From contig CAZQBX010000003.1 of NCBI GenBank assembly GCA_964592145.1, positions 78,137-142,136 of the forward strand: a DNA stretch of 64,000 nucleotides. The letters run 5' to 3'. This document shows, one piece after another, positions 37,063 to 46,847 of the stretch (its first letter is position 1; each line of letters starts with the position of its first letter). Position numbers and translations under genes: made by a program. The DNA is from an uncultured Ignavibacteria bacterium. GTDB taxonomy: Bacteria > Zixibacteria > MSB-5A5 > CAIYYT01. The notes under the pieces were generated by a model. The model worked only from the letters and a program-made list of their open reading frames with translations. It made no database searches and was not told the DNA's origin.

Positions 37063-40000
37063 TTGATGAAAGCAAGCACATCCGGAAAATGCCTTGGAAT
37101 CCCCTGGCTAATTGTATTGGCGATCATGACTTTAGTTGGATTAGTCGCCAATCCAGGATTCTCCGCGGATACGGGAGAAGAGCAGACCAAAGTTGACTCC
37201 CTTGAATTTGACAGTCGATTTGCGCTGTATCGATACCTGCAGCGCGGATTCGAAGAGTACTTCGACAAAGGTGATGTGAGCCGTTTAGCGGATTTGGAGC
37301 TTGCTGCCCGATATGTAAGTGAAACGTTTGGCGATGATTTCTATCTTCGGCAATGCGACAAGTTCAAGAACTGGCGGGAAAACTACCTCACAAAGCGTAG
37401 GCAACTGAAGGTCGAATATTCGCTGAATCAGCAAGGGCTGAATCAAGTAGACGTTCCTGCAGACACCTATTGCGATCAGATGATGAAATTGGCCGATGCG
37501 TTCCTTGAACTTGGAGACTCGGCCTCGGCAGTTAACTGTCTGCAAGTAGCCGGCGCAATGGGAGCGGGAAGAACCAGTTCGGATAACATAAGGGGATTGT
37601 TATCGAAATCGCTGGCCATCAGCCGAGCGATTGGCGACCTCGATGGGCTGTCGCGAAGTTATAATCTTACCGGAAGATTCCACGAGCAACGTGCCGAGTT
37701 CATAAAGGCGGGCGCCTATTTCGATTCGGCGCGCGTCATCAAATTCGAGCTTGGCGATCTCGCCGGTAGTGCCGACGCCCTGAACAACATCGCCTCGGTC
37801 TACCTCTCAATTGGCGACAAGGCAAATTCGTTGCGGTTTGCCGAAGAAGCACTGCAACAGAGGCGCGAACTTGGCGATTCAACGCAAGTTCTGCAATCGC
37901 TGTTGATGATAATCCCGGCCTTTGCCCGCGATGTTCCGGATTCGACTGCCCAACAATGGCTCAATGAGGCAGATCGACTTTCGCGCCTGCAATCGGAACC
38001 ACAACCGATGGAGCGACTTGCCTACAGCCGAGGAGTAATAGCCGAGTTGGGCGGCGAACTTGATTCGGCACTTAGTCAGTATTCGCAAGCCCTCGCCATT
38101 GCCACCGGTTCGAAAAATCACCGTCTAGCGCTCGCCATACTTCAGAACCTTGCCGCTCTCGAGTCGTCGATGGGACGTTTTTCGGAGTCTGTAGCTCATT
38201 ACGTTGCGGCACAGGAGCTTGCGACAAACTCCCGCAATAGTGCGGCGCTGGCGACTATCTACCACAATCTTGGCTCTTTGCACCAACGACTGGGTGATCT
38301 CGAGTTGGCGAGCGACTACTACCGCCGTGCTTTGGAAATCCGTCGCCAATTGGATATGAGAATTCAATCTGCAGAGACTTTAGGCAATTTGGCAGAGCTG
38401 TATTTGACGACCGGTGACCCTGCAACAGCGGAGGTGTATATCCGTCAGGCGATACAAGTCGCGCAACTTGCCGGCGATCGACGACGTCTCGCCTCAGCGC
38501 TCACACGATTGGCGCACCTCAGGCAATTAAATAAGGACTACGTCGGAGCAATGGCAGAGCTTGACAGTGCAGAGGCGGTTGAATCGGAATCACAAACTCC
38601 ACAGCGCCGGATCGATTATCTTTGCCTGCGGGCAGAGTTTTCACGCCAGGCACAAGAACTGGCACAGGCTGACAGATATCTCTCGGACGCTTACCGAGTC
38701 CTCGACTCATGTGCAACCTATACCAATCGCCAAAGGGTTGATATCATCAGAGCCGAATTGGCTGCCGACCGTAAGCGCTGGCGGGAGGCATACACCAGTT
38801 TGGCAACGGTCATTGCTCGCTCCGAACAGTTGCGCGGAAGTATTCCCAATCCGCAGCTGCGGACGAGTTTTCAGGGACGGTCGCGTTTTGTTTATGAGCA
38901 CATGGTCAAGACGCTGTTCAATCTTCGAAAGTCCGGCGAGTTTTCCGGAGGGGACGACTCTTTGCTGGCATATACTGAAAAGGCCAAATCGCGAGGTCTG
39001 CTGGACGCCGTGTATGGAATGGACGGACCGAACGATTCGCGGCAATGGGCGCATATGCGGTCGGAAGAGTCAAATCTGCTTCGAGAAGTTGAACGTGTTG
39101 AGCAATCGCTCGCAGACGACGGCGATGCCCAGTCGATCAAGCGCAAGATATCGTTGCTGGCGAATCTCGAAACGCGGTTGACCGACTTGCGGCTCAAGCA
39201 AGGCGCGGCGATTTCAACATCAGCCCGAATCTACAGTCCCCAACCGATTTCGATCCGGAAGATTCAGTCATCTCTACCAGACGAACGCACCGCGTTGATT
39301 TCATTTCTGCTTACACCTGAATCAAGTTACGTCATTCTCCTGGATCGTCGGCGGTTTACCGTTGAAGAGATTCCGGGTCGCAGCGAGATATCCGCCCGAG
39401 TTGCTGAATTTGCACGATTGATCCAGGTCTCGATCAAGGATGAGTCGCTTCTGGACAGCCTGGATGCAATTGCCGAATTGCTGGGCAAACAACTCCTCCC
39501 ACGGGAGTTGTTCGCGCAAGGCAACTACAATCATCTGCTGATTTGTGCAGATGGCATACTAAGCGTTCTTCCATTTGAAGCACTGCGTTTCAACGACAGA
39601 TACTTGATTGAAAGTTCGGCGATCGCTTCTGTGCCCTCGCTGTATCTGTACGGTTCAGGCAGCAGCAATTCGCAGCCACCTAAGGCGACGCGTCTACTTG
39701 CGCTCGCCGATCCACGCAACAACTCACAGTTGAGACAATTGCCGTTCAGCGCCAGAGAGGTTGACTGGATCAGCGAAGCCTTCGGCAAATCAAATTGCAC
39801 GATCCTGACTGCAACACGAGCCACCAAATCCGAATTGTTACGGCTGAATTTGTCTGATTACGGTATTGTCCATGTCGCGACGCATTCGACAATTAACTAC
39901 ACCGATCCACGACGATCCAAGATCTGGCTTTCGGCTGATTCTTCTCTGATTGATGGCGAAAGCATCCTCTCGTTGGCGGAAATCGGTGAACTCGAACTTT

Positions 40001-40302
40001 CGGCAGATCTGGTTGTCTTGTCATCCTGTGAATCCGGAGGCGGAAGTCTTGACATCGGTGAGGGCCTCGACGGCTTTGCCAAAGCATTCTTACAGGCCGG
40101 AGCGGGCAACTTGGTCGTTTCACTCTGGGAAGTCGAGGACTTCACCACAGCGGCATTCATGAAGACTTTTTATAATAACCTCAAGTCCGGATATGCTGAT
40201 GCTCTACGGACGGCAAAGTTGGAAATGATAACTTCGCCACGACTGCGGCACAGGCATCCCTACTACTGGTCACCATTCAAGCTGATTGTCGGTCGCAATT
40301 AG
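37063..40302 (+). CDS. Exported TPR-repeat protein with C-terminal CHAT (caspase-like) protease domain
   Basis: Signal peptide or TM (IPWLIVLAIMTLVGLVA). About 700 aa of TPR-like repeats (NLAALESSMGRFSESVAHYVAAQELA...). CHAT catalytic dyad context (IVHVATHS ... ADLVVLSSCESGGG) and CHAT C-terminal signature PYYWSPFKLIVG. Confidence 0.8.
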   Translation: MMKASTSGKCLGIPWLIVLAIMTLVGLVANPGFSADTGEEQTKVDSLEFDSRFALYRYLQRGFEEYFDKGDVSRLADLELAARYVSETFGDDFYLRQCDKFKNWRENYLTKRRQLKVEYSLNQQGLNQVDVPADTYCDQMMKLADAFLELGDSASAVNCLQVAGAMGAGRTSSDNIRGLLSKSLAISRAIGDLDGLSRSYNLTGRFHEQRAEFIKAGAYFDSARVIKFELGDLAGSADALNNIASVYLSIGDKANSLRFAEEALQQRRELGDSTQVLQSLLMIIPAFARDVPDSTAQQWLNEADRLSRLQSEPQPMERLAYSRGVIAELGGELDSALSQYSQALAIATGSKNHRLALAILQNLAALESSMGRFSESVAHYVAAQELATNSRNSAALATIYHNLGSLHQRLGDLELASDYYRRALEIRRQLDMRIQSAETLGNLAELYLTTGDPATAEVYIRQAIQVAQLAGDRRRLASALTRLAHLRQLNKDYVGAMAELDSAEAVESESQTPQRRIDYLCLRAEFSRQAQELAQADRYLSDAYRVLDSCATYTNRQRVDIIRAELAADRKRWREAYTSLATVIARSEQLRGSIPNPQLRTSFQGRSRFVYEHMVKTLFNLRKSGEFSGGDDSLLAYTEKAKSRGLLDAVYGMDGPNDSRQWAHMRSEESNLLREVERVEQSLADDGDAQSIKRKISLLANLETRLTDLRLKQGAAISTSARIYSPQPISIRKIQSSLPDERTALISFLLTPESSYVILLDRRRFTVEEIPGRSEISARVAEFARLIQVSIKDESLLDSLDAIAELLGKQLLPRELFAQGNYNHLLICADGILSVLPFEALRFNDRYLIESSAIASVPSLYLYGSGSSNSQPPKATRLLALADPRNNSQLRQLPFSAREVDWISEAFGKSNCTILTATRATKSELLRLNLSDYGIVHVATHSTINYTDPRRSKIWLSADSSLIDGESILSLAEIGELELSADLVVLSSCESGGGSLDIGEGLDGFAKAFLQAGAGNLVVSLWEVEDFTTAAFMKTFYNNLKSGYADALRTAKLEMITSPRLRHRHPYYWSPFKLIVGRN

Positions 40303-40365
40303 TGATAATGGGTTGAATCAAGACTTGCTGAACAAGTGATAGAAAGACGAAGCTTCCGGGAACGG

Positions 40366-41247
40366 CTATTCTTTCACCGAGACGTTGAAGTAAAACTCAT
40401 ACTCGGCCGGTACGATGCTGACGCCTTCGGGAAATTCTTCCTTGATCGATAGCGAGAAGCTTCCGCCTTCTTTAAGAGTATTGAGGGCATTCTGGTCGGT
40501 GACTTTGAGCTCACATTGATTGATGAATTCGGTCGGAAGGCACTCGAGTTGCTGGCCTTCGAGTTTAAGTGATTCGCCGCCACGGCGGATGAGATCGATA
40601 TTGTAATGATAATCGGGGAGTTCGACTCGATCGGTCGGGAATGCAAAAATCAGTTCGCGAGTGTTCTTCTGCAATGCGACCTGCATTTCCCGAACTTGTC
40701 CTTCATCCGCAATCGAGCGTTTTTCATTTTGCATTGAAAGTGAGACACGCACAATCAGCGAATCTTCGCCGGGTCGATTGAGCATAACCACGGCGCTGAG
40801 AACCAGAATCAAGGCAAGTGCAACGGGCGCGACAAATCTGGAGATTGCGGTGGAGCCGACCAGTTGCGAGAGCCAGCCTGGTTTCGCCACCGGCGCGACT
40901 GAAGCTGATTCTTCGGGGATATGCTTAACTGCGAGGCGGAGAAGTTCGACGTCCGCAGCACAAGATTGGCACTGCTGCAGATGACCGGCGATTTCCGAAT
41001 ATTCCGAGGAGAGTTTATTGATTCGTTCAAGTGCGAACCTGTCGAGAGTTTCAACGGCGGGATGCCCCGAAAAGTCGAATTTCGGCATCGAGCGGCGGAT
41101 CGAGTAGATTCCCTGCCAGAACGCGAATTCGGCCTGCAAACTTTCGGAGCTGGCAATTTCGGCTTCAATGCGATCTGCTTCTTCCCTACTCAATTTGCCC
41201 TGCACAAGCAGCGGGATCATTTCGATTATCTCGTTGTTGACACTCAT
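40366..41247 (-). CDS. Membrane-spanning anti-sigma factor candidate (ZAS-like HxxxCxxC) with periplasmic C-terminal domain
   Basis: HLQQCQSCAADVELL motif; single TM (VAPVALALILVLSAVVML); immediately downstream of and co-oriented with an ECF sigma gene. Confidence 0.55.
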   Translation of the reverse strand: MSVNNEIIEMIPLLVQGKLSREEADRIEAEIASSESLQAEFAFWQGIYSIRRSMPKFDFSGHPAVETLDRFALERINKLSSEYSEIAGHLQQCQSCAADVELLRLAVKHIPEESASVAPVAKPGWLSQLVGSTAISRFVAPVALALILVLSAVVMLNRPGEDSLIVRVSLSMQNEKRSIADEGQVREMQVALQKNTRELIFAFPTDRVELPDYHYNIDLIRRGGESLKLEGQQLECLPTEFINQCELKVTDQNALNTLKEGGSFSLSIKEEFPEGVSIVPAEYEFYFNVSVKE

Positions 41248-41301
41248 CGCCGAGGTCTCCTTTCACAGAGAACTGTCGACAGGCTCTTCGCGTGGTTCAT
41301 T

Positions 41302-41880
41302 CTAAATCAGCTTTTCTTTCATTTCCATAGCCGTTTTCTTGCACTCGTGGACTTTGCGCTTGACGGTGCCTTCCGGAAGGCCTAACTTTCCGCCTATCTC
41401 CTTGTAATTCAACGACTCCGAAAAGACCATCCGCCACAGTTTTTGACATTCCGGATCAATAGAACGGAATATCTTCTGGAAGATTTGATATTCTACCGAA
41501 CGTTCGTGAATGATATCGGGGGCTTCAGAACCGCTCGGTGCCGGCAGATCCTCCGGATCGGCATCGCGTTGAACGCGTTGACTTCGGACCTGATCGATAC
41601 AGGTATACCGGGCGACCCGTTGGACGTATGTGCGAAAAGTCGATTCACCGCGGAACTTGGCGGCTTTCAGAGAAGAGAACAATTTGAGATGCACGATGGA
41701 ATTGGTGTCTTCCGTCTCTTCGACAAAATGCCAAATTGACAGGCGCGTGACCTGATTGATCCAATTGTCGACTTGACGGTACACGTCTCGCTGGCCGGCG
41801 ACGTAACGCTTGGCGAGTTCAATTTCCTGTTCGGGTGTGGACTGCTTGAACTTGTCGATGATTGCCAGCATGACCGGCAA
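41302..41880 (-). CDS. ECF-subfamily RNA polymerase sigma-70 factor
   Basis: Region 2 (FRTYVQRVARYTCIDQVR) and region 4 HTH (ESLNYKEIGGKLGLPEGTVKRKVHECKK). Confidence 0.75.
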   Translation of the reverse strand: MPVMLAIIDKFKQSTPEQEIELAKRYVAGQRDVYRQVDNWINQVTRLSIWHFVEETEDTNSIVHLKLFSSLKAAKFRGESTFRTYVQRVARYTCIDQVRSQRVQRDADPEDLPAPSGSEAPDIIHERSVEYQIFQKIFRSIDPECQKLWRMVFSESLNYKEIGGKLGLPEGTVKRKVHECKKTAMEMKEKLI

Positions 41881-41995
41881 TTTATTTGACTATTGAAGTT
41901 TCGACAACTACAAACTATGTAGAGATTAATGACCGGAGGGATCATCTGGAGTTGCAGTGGAAATCTTAGAGAGAAAACGGTAGTTACCTGATCAT

Positions 41996-43300
41996 ATGAA
42001 GTTAGCAATCATCTCGGACACCCATTTCGGCGATCCAGATTGCCTGCTGGCAGCTTATCGAGATCAGTCGTCGCGAAGCGATCCAACAATTGGTTCGCGA
42101 TATGAGCAGTTTCGTGAAGCTGCGGGAGCCGACAATGACTTCTTAATCGTGCTTGGCGATATTCTGGATTTCTCGGTCTGCAGCTATCGCGAGACCTTCG
42201 AAGTTGCCCGGACGTTCTTTCGACAAGTGCAGGCAGATCGGATCGCGGAGAGTATCATATACGTCCCCGGCAATCATGATGCCGATGTATGGCATCTTTA
42301 CGAGTACGAAGTCAATATTATTCGGCGCATAGCGGCAGGAAAGAAAGCAAGCGACTTCCGCTACTCGATTCCCGGGATTATCGATGGACGCCGCGAGACC
42401 ACCGGACCACGGTTTCGATTGCACGGAGTAAAATCGTCGCCAAGGTACCGGTACGGTTATGGTGGAACATTCCTGGACAACCTGACTCTGGACTCATTGA
42501 AAGATGGATCGCGTTCCCAGGATTCGCTGACTTTCGCGCTGGCGTATCCCAATCTCTATTTGTTGACGGATCAGGAATCGATTCTGCTGACGCACGGACA
42601 CTATCTTGAGGAATATTGGTCGATGTTGGGTGAGTGGGCGATAGAGATTGCAGGAAGTGACATGGGCATTACCGGCACGCCAACAATCCGGGAGCTGGTT
42701 CAGATCAATTTTCCGTTGAATCAACTGGCGTGCAGCGGCGCCGGACAGGCTGGATTGTTGACTGAAAAAGTGATTCTGCCGCTGCAGCGTGAAACGCGCA
42801 ACCGCAACAGCCGCCGGGCCGAACGCTATCTTGACGGTATTCTTGAGCGGCTCGATAGGTTGATTCCCGGAAGGTACCTGATTGACGAACTCGTCAGTGA
42901 CGCATTATTGCAGAAACTGCGTTCACGAATTGTTGAAGCCATCCGCAGCGCGGAGCCGACGCGATATAACGACAAGTTCGTTCACGAGTCGCATGTGCAA
43001 GAGCGGTTTGCAAGGTACTTCCGATCATGTTGTACCGAGTTGACGGAGATTAGGCAGCCGGTACTGCCGGAACCAAAGAGCTTCGTGTTTGGCCACACGC
43101 ATCGTCCGATTCCCTGGCAAGACCGGTTTGGCACCGGAACGCCGGCTTTTGCAGCTGAAAACGGGAAACTCGTAAGATACTGCAATCTGGGAGGCTGGTT
43201 GAAGCGTCCGCAAGAAGACGTAACTCAAGAGTTTTGCGGCGCAGAAGTGTTAACTTTTGACTCAACAACTCAACGGATGGTGTCGCACCACGTATCGTGA
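41996..43300 (+). CDS. Calcineurin-like metallophosphoesterase
   Basis: LAIISDTHFG, GDILD, VPGNHDADV, LLTHGH metal-binding motifs; 434 aa. Confidence 0.75.
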   Translation: MKLAIISDTHFGDPDCLLAAYRDQSSRSDPTIGSRYEQFREAAGADNDFLIVLGDILDFSVCSYRETFEVARTFFRQVQADRIAESIIYVPGNHDADVWHLYEYEVNIIRRIAAGKKASDFRYSIPGIIDGRRETTGPRFRLHGVKSSPRYRYGYGGTFLDNLTLDSLKDGSRSQDSLTFALAYPNLYLLTDQESILLTHGHYLEEYWSMLGEWAIEIAGSDMGITGTPTIRELVQINFPLNQLACSGAGQAGLLTEKVILPLQRETRNRNSRRAERYLDGILERLDRLIPGRYLIDELVSDALLQKLRSRIVEAIRSAEPTRYNDKFVHESHVQERFARYFRSCCTELTEIRQPVLPEPKSFVFGHTHRPIPWQDRFGTGTPAFAAENGKLVRYCNLGGWLKRPQEDVTQEFCGAEVLTFDSTTQRMVSHHVS

Positions 43301-43337
43301 TACGCCAGGAGTGAACCTCTTCTGACTAACTGGTTCC

Positions 43338-45398
43338 TCAGTGACGCTGAGATCGCAAGAAACTTGAAAGATTGGCTGACGTTCCTCCGATCTTCAGTTT
43401 CTTGCGAATCTTTTGGCGGAATTTTCCGACTGTCTGCGGAGAGATATTGAGAATATCGGCAATCTCTTTCGATCGCAGGCCGTTCTTGATGTGGTTGCAG
43501 ATTTCCATTTCTCGCGGCGTCAGATTTACGAACTGCTTTCCGATTTCGGTGATGAATGGCGAGGTGACTTCATCAAGCGCTGATTCCAGTGCGTCCAACT
43601 GGATGCGACCTCGCTCACCAAAGGCAGCGCGAAGCTTCAACAGAGTGGGCTTGACGATTCGTTCGATGTTTTGGGCGATTTGTTGTTTTGTTGTGTCGCT
43701 TTCATCCTGATGTTGCTTGAGCACGATGCGCAATGCAATGTTCCTTTCTTCGAGCTGCTGTTGTTCCAGCTTGAGCTTCTCGTTCGCTGCAATCAACGCC
43801 AATTCCATTTGCTTAATCTCGGTTATGTCTTGAAACGTCCCGATTAGTCTGACTACCCGGCCGTCTTCATGGATAGGTTTGCAGATGGCACGGGTAAAAA
43901 GACTCCGCCCAGTGGCGGTTGAAAAACGCAGTTCCAGATCAAACGCAGTTCCGTGATTGATAGCGTTTTCCAGCGCCTGCTCAAGAATCGGCCGATCTTC
44001 AGGGTGGTAGAAATTGATCGCATCTTTGAGGGTAGGCTTCTGGTCGAAAGGCACTTCATGAATTCGATACGTTTCTGCGGTCCATGTGAGTGCTTTGGTC
44101 CTGGTGTCCAATTCCCAGCCCCCGACCCTTGCCATGCGTCCTGCGGCATCGAGAAGTGCTTCGCTTTCCTTAAGCGACTGCTCAGCCAAACGGCGTTCGG
44201 TCATGTCAGTGTGCGTCCCGACAATTCGGACTGGTTGACCGTCGGCATCGCGTGCTACGACCCTCCCTCTTGCCAAAATCCATTTGTAGGAGCCGTCCTT
44301 GCAACGAATTCGATGTTCGCAATGGTAGAGAGGCGCTTTGCCCTTGAAATGACGTTCGAGTTCGAGATAACACTTTGGTAAATCATCCGGGTGGACGCGA
44401 CTTGCCCACTCGCTGCCCAGAGGTTTGATCTCATGATCCTCGTAGCCCAGCATCGCCTCCCACCGCCGGGAGAAGAACGCCTCATCCGTTTTCGGATTCC
44501 AGTCCCAAAGACCGTCGCCGGCGTTTTCAAGCGCGAATTGCCACCGCTCCTTGCTGATGCGAAGTTCTTCCTGAATTCGTTGACGCTCGGTGATGTCGAG
44601 CAGTACACCCGACATCTTAACCGCGTTGCCGCCGGAGTCATATTCAACTTCGAAGCGGGCATGAACCGCTACGGGCGTACCGTCCGATCTTAGCAAGCGG
44701 AATTCCGCCTGAAAGTCTTGAACAATTACATTCGGATCGGCTGTGAGTACTCCCAGGTGCACCTTTCCAATTCTCTCCCGATCATCCGGGTGAATTATTT
44801 GTGTGAATGAATTCTGGTTGAGGGTCAGACTTTGCGGCTCCAAGCCTACCATGCGATAAAGATTATCGGACCAGTAGCCCCGATCCTCTTTTACGATCCA
44901 ATTCCAGCTGGCAAGGCCGCCGAGCTTCTCCGCTTTCTGCAATAACTCATCACGCCGCCGAAGTTCGTCTTCGCGGTTCTTATGTTCCGTAATGTCTTGG
45001 ACGTTAACAAAAAAGTAAAGTGGAACGTTGTTGGAAATTGGAACAACCCGAGCATGTAACCAGCGGTTTCCTGGGCCATTGCGAGTCGCGAACTCCATCG
45101 TTTGCGCCTTCTTCGCAGCATAGGCGCGCGTGAAGTCTTCCCAAGTTTCTTTGTTTAGCGGATCGAGTGCCTGCAGGACATTATGTCCGACTTCGATACC
45201 CGGCACGAGTTTCTTAAAGGGCTGATTGCAGTAGTGAATTATTGAATTAGCGTCGACGACAGCAACCGGTTCATCGGAGCTGTCAATCGTGCGTTTCCAG
45301 TGATCCCAGTCTTGAGATATTATTCGTTTGTCGGAATGTTCACTTGTCACGAAATCTGCCCTCCCAAACTGCCAGTGCGTTATGCCTAATTCGAACAC
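43338..45398 (-). CDS. Multi-PAS/PAC sensor with C-terminal LuxR-type HTH (one-component regulator; no receiver or kinase domain seen)
   Basis: Four PAS-like repeats plus a coiled coil (MELALIAANEKLKLEQQQLEERN); C-terminal LTPREMEICNHIKNGLRSKEIADILNISPQTVGKFRQKI. Confidence 0.7.
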   Translation of the reverse strand: MFELGITHWQFGRADFVTSEHSDKRIISQDWDHWKRTIDSSDEPVAVVDANSIIHYCNQPFKKLVPGIEVGHNVLQALDPLNKETWEDFTRAYAAKKAQTMEFATRNGPGNRWLHARVVPISNNVPLYFFVNVQDITEHKNREDELRRRDELLQKAEKLGGLASWNWIVKEDRGYWSDNLYRMVGLEPQSLTLNQNSFTQIIHPDDRERIGKVHLGVLTADPNVIVQDFQAEFRLLRSDGTPVAVHARFEVEYDSGGNAVKMSGVLLDITERQRIQEELRISKERWQFALENAGDGLWDWNPKTDEAFFSRRWEAMLGYEDHEIKPLGSEWASRVHPDDLPKCYLELERHFKGKAPLYHCEHRIRCKDGSYKWILARGRVVARDADGQPVRIVGTHTDMTERRLAEQSLKESEALLDAAGRMARVGGWELDTRTKALTWTAETYRIHEVPFDQKPTLKDAINFYHPEDRPILEQALENAINHGTAFDLELRFSTATGRSLFTRAICKPIHEDGRVVRLIGTFQDITEIKQMELALIAANEKLKLEQQQLEERNIALRIVLKQHQDESDTTKQQIAQNIERIVKPTLLKLRAAFGERGRIQLDALESALDEVTSPFITEIGKQFVNLTPREMEICNHIKNGLRSKEIADILNISPQTVGKFRQKIRKKLKIGGTSANLSSFLRSQRH

Positions 45399-45590
45399 AT
45401 CCGGTTACGCCAGACCCGTCCAAGAACTGAAAATAGCAGTGAAGTCTCGTGTTACCCACCCATTTAACTACAGGTAAGATAGGGCTAATGTTGAAGACTG
45501 TCAAGTATTTGACACCGGATTTCCGTAAGAAACTCAATCTTTGTTAGGAGTGCCAGATGATTGTCGAGTTAGTGGGTCCCGGATTAGCGG

Positions 45591-46763
45591 TCAAACGAAG
45601 TCTGGCAGAAGCGACGAGGCAATGAGATCGGAGCGAAACATTCCTTGCGTAGTCAATCGGAGCCGACTGCAATCTTGCGTGATGTCGCCTTCATCCTGCA
45701 GTCGATTTATGAGTTCACGACGGACGACGGAAATATTGTAGCCGTATTCCGAAAGCAAGCGTTGCATATCGAGACCATCCGAAAGGCGCAGCGCCAGCAT
45801 AATGGTTTCGATCAAACGCTTCGAGGCCGTAACCTGCTCGCGATCGGCAACCGGTAGCTTTCCATGAGCGAGATTCTTGACATAGCGATAAATGTCTGGT
45901 TCGTTCTTGTAGCGCTGATCGCCAATTGTACCAACGGCGGCGGGACCGAAGGCGATGTAGTCCTGTTGGCGCCAATAGGCGAGGTTATGACGGCAGAGCT
46001 GATTGTTGCGCGCGTAATTGGAAATCTCGTAGTGTTCGAAGCCGCTCTCTGAAAGGAAGTAAACCGCCCGTTGATAACGGTCTGCAACCAGGTCATCAGG
46101 AGGCAGCGGCACCTCGCGCCGTTCGACTTGATAGCGCAACGGGACACTCCCTTCCAGCATTAATGAGTAGAAGGAGATGTGCTGGGGAGTCAAACCGACA
46201 ACTGATCGCAGGTCGATATCGAGGGAAGCGTCGGTTTCATCAGGAAGGCCATACATCAAGTCGATCGAGATGTTATTGAATCCGGCGTTTCGCGCGGTAG
46301 CTACCGCAATCCCAATTTGTTCGGCGTTGTGCAGACGCCCGAGCCGCTCGAGATTGGCCGAACTGAACGACTGGGCGCCGAAGGAAATGCGATTTGCGCC
46401 CAGAGAGCTGAGCAGCGAGAGCTTCTCGGCGGTTGCGGATTCCGGGTTGGCTTCGGTAGTGAATTCAATCTCGGGTGATAATCTAGTATGCGACTTCAAG
46501 TGATTAACGAGTTTTGACCACGAGTCAGCGGATAGTACTGTGGGGGTCCCGCCGCCGAGATATACTGTATCCAACTCGATCTCCCCGGCGTGGCCGCCAG
46601 AACTCGTATTACACCGCAGTTGCTCAAAGCGAATGTCCATTTCGTTGCAGATGGCGTCCACATAACGAGTTTCCCATACGGGGTCATGCACGATGCGATA
46701 GAAATCGCAGTAGGTGCAGATTCGAGCGCAGAACGGTACGTGAATGTAACAAGAGAGTTTCAC
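45591..46763 (-). CDS. hemW: Radical SAM HemW/HemN-like protein (heme chaperone / oxygen-independent coproporphyrinogen oxidase family)
   Basis: CxxxCxxC (VPFCARICTYCDF) at the N-terminus; 390 aa, consistent with HemW rather than HemN. Confidence 0.75.
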   Translation of the reverse strand: MKLSCYIHVPFCARICTYCDFYRIVHDPVWETRYVDAICNEMDIRFEQLRCNTSSGGHAGEIELDTVYLGGGTPTVLSADSWSKLVNHLKSHTRLSPEIEFTTEANPESATAEKLSLLSSLGANRISFGAQSFSSANLERLGRLHNAEQIGIAVATARNAGFNNISIDLMYGLPDETDASLDIDLRSVVGLTPQHISFYSLMLEGSVPLRYQVERREVPLPPDDLVADRYQRAVYFLSESGFEHYEISNYARNNQLCRHNLAYWRQQDYIAFGPAAVGTIGDQRYKNEPDIYRYVKNLAHGKLPVADREQVTASKRLIETIMLALRLSDGLDMQRLLSEYGYNISVVRRELINRLQDEGDITQDCSRLRLTTQGMFRSDLIASSLLPDFV

Positions 46764-46847
46764 GGCATTAAGATAATGCCTGTGAACGACGGTTGAAAGG
46801 ACAAACGATGCGCCGGGCGTTCGACCAGGCGCTGCAATTCAACTTGA

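Noticed and set aside
37063-43300. Looked for CRISPR repeats, Cas7-11/gRAMP, Csx30/Csx31 or cas1 around the TPR-CHAT gene
   Set aside because: There are no direct-repeat arrays anywhere in the window, and no large RAMP-like ORF. Neighbours are a sigma/anti-sigma pair and a metallophosphoesterase. The Craspase analogy is therefore only architectural.
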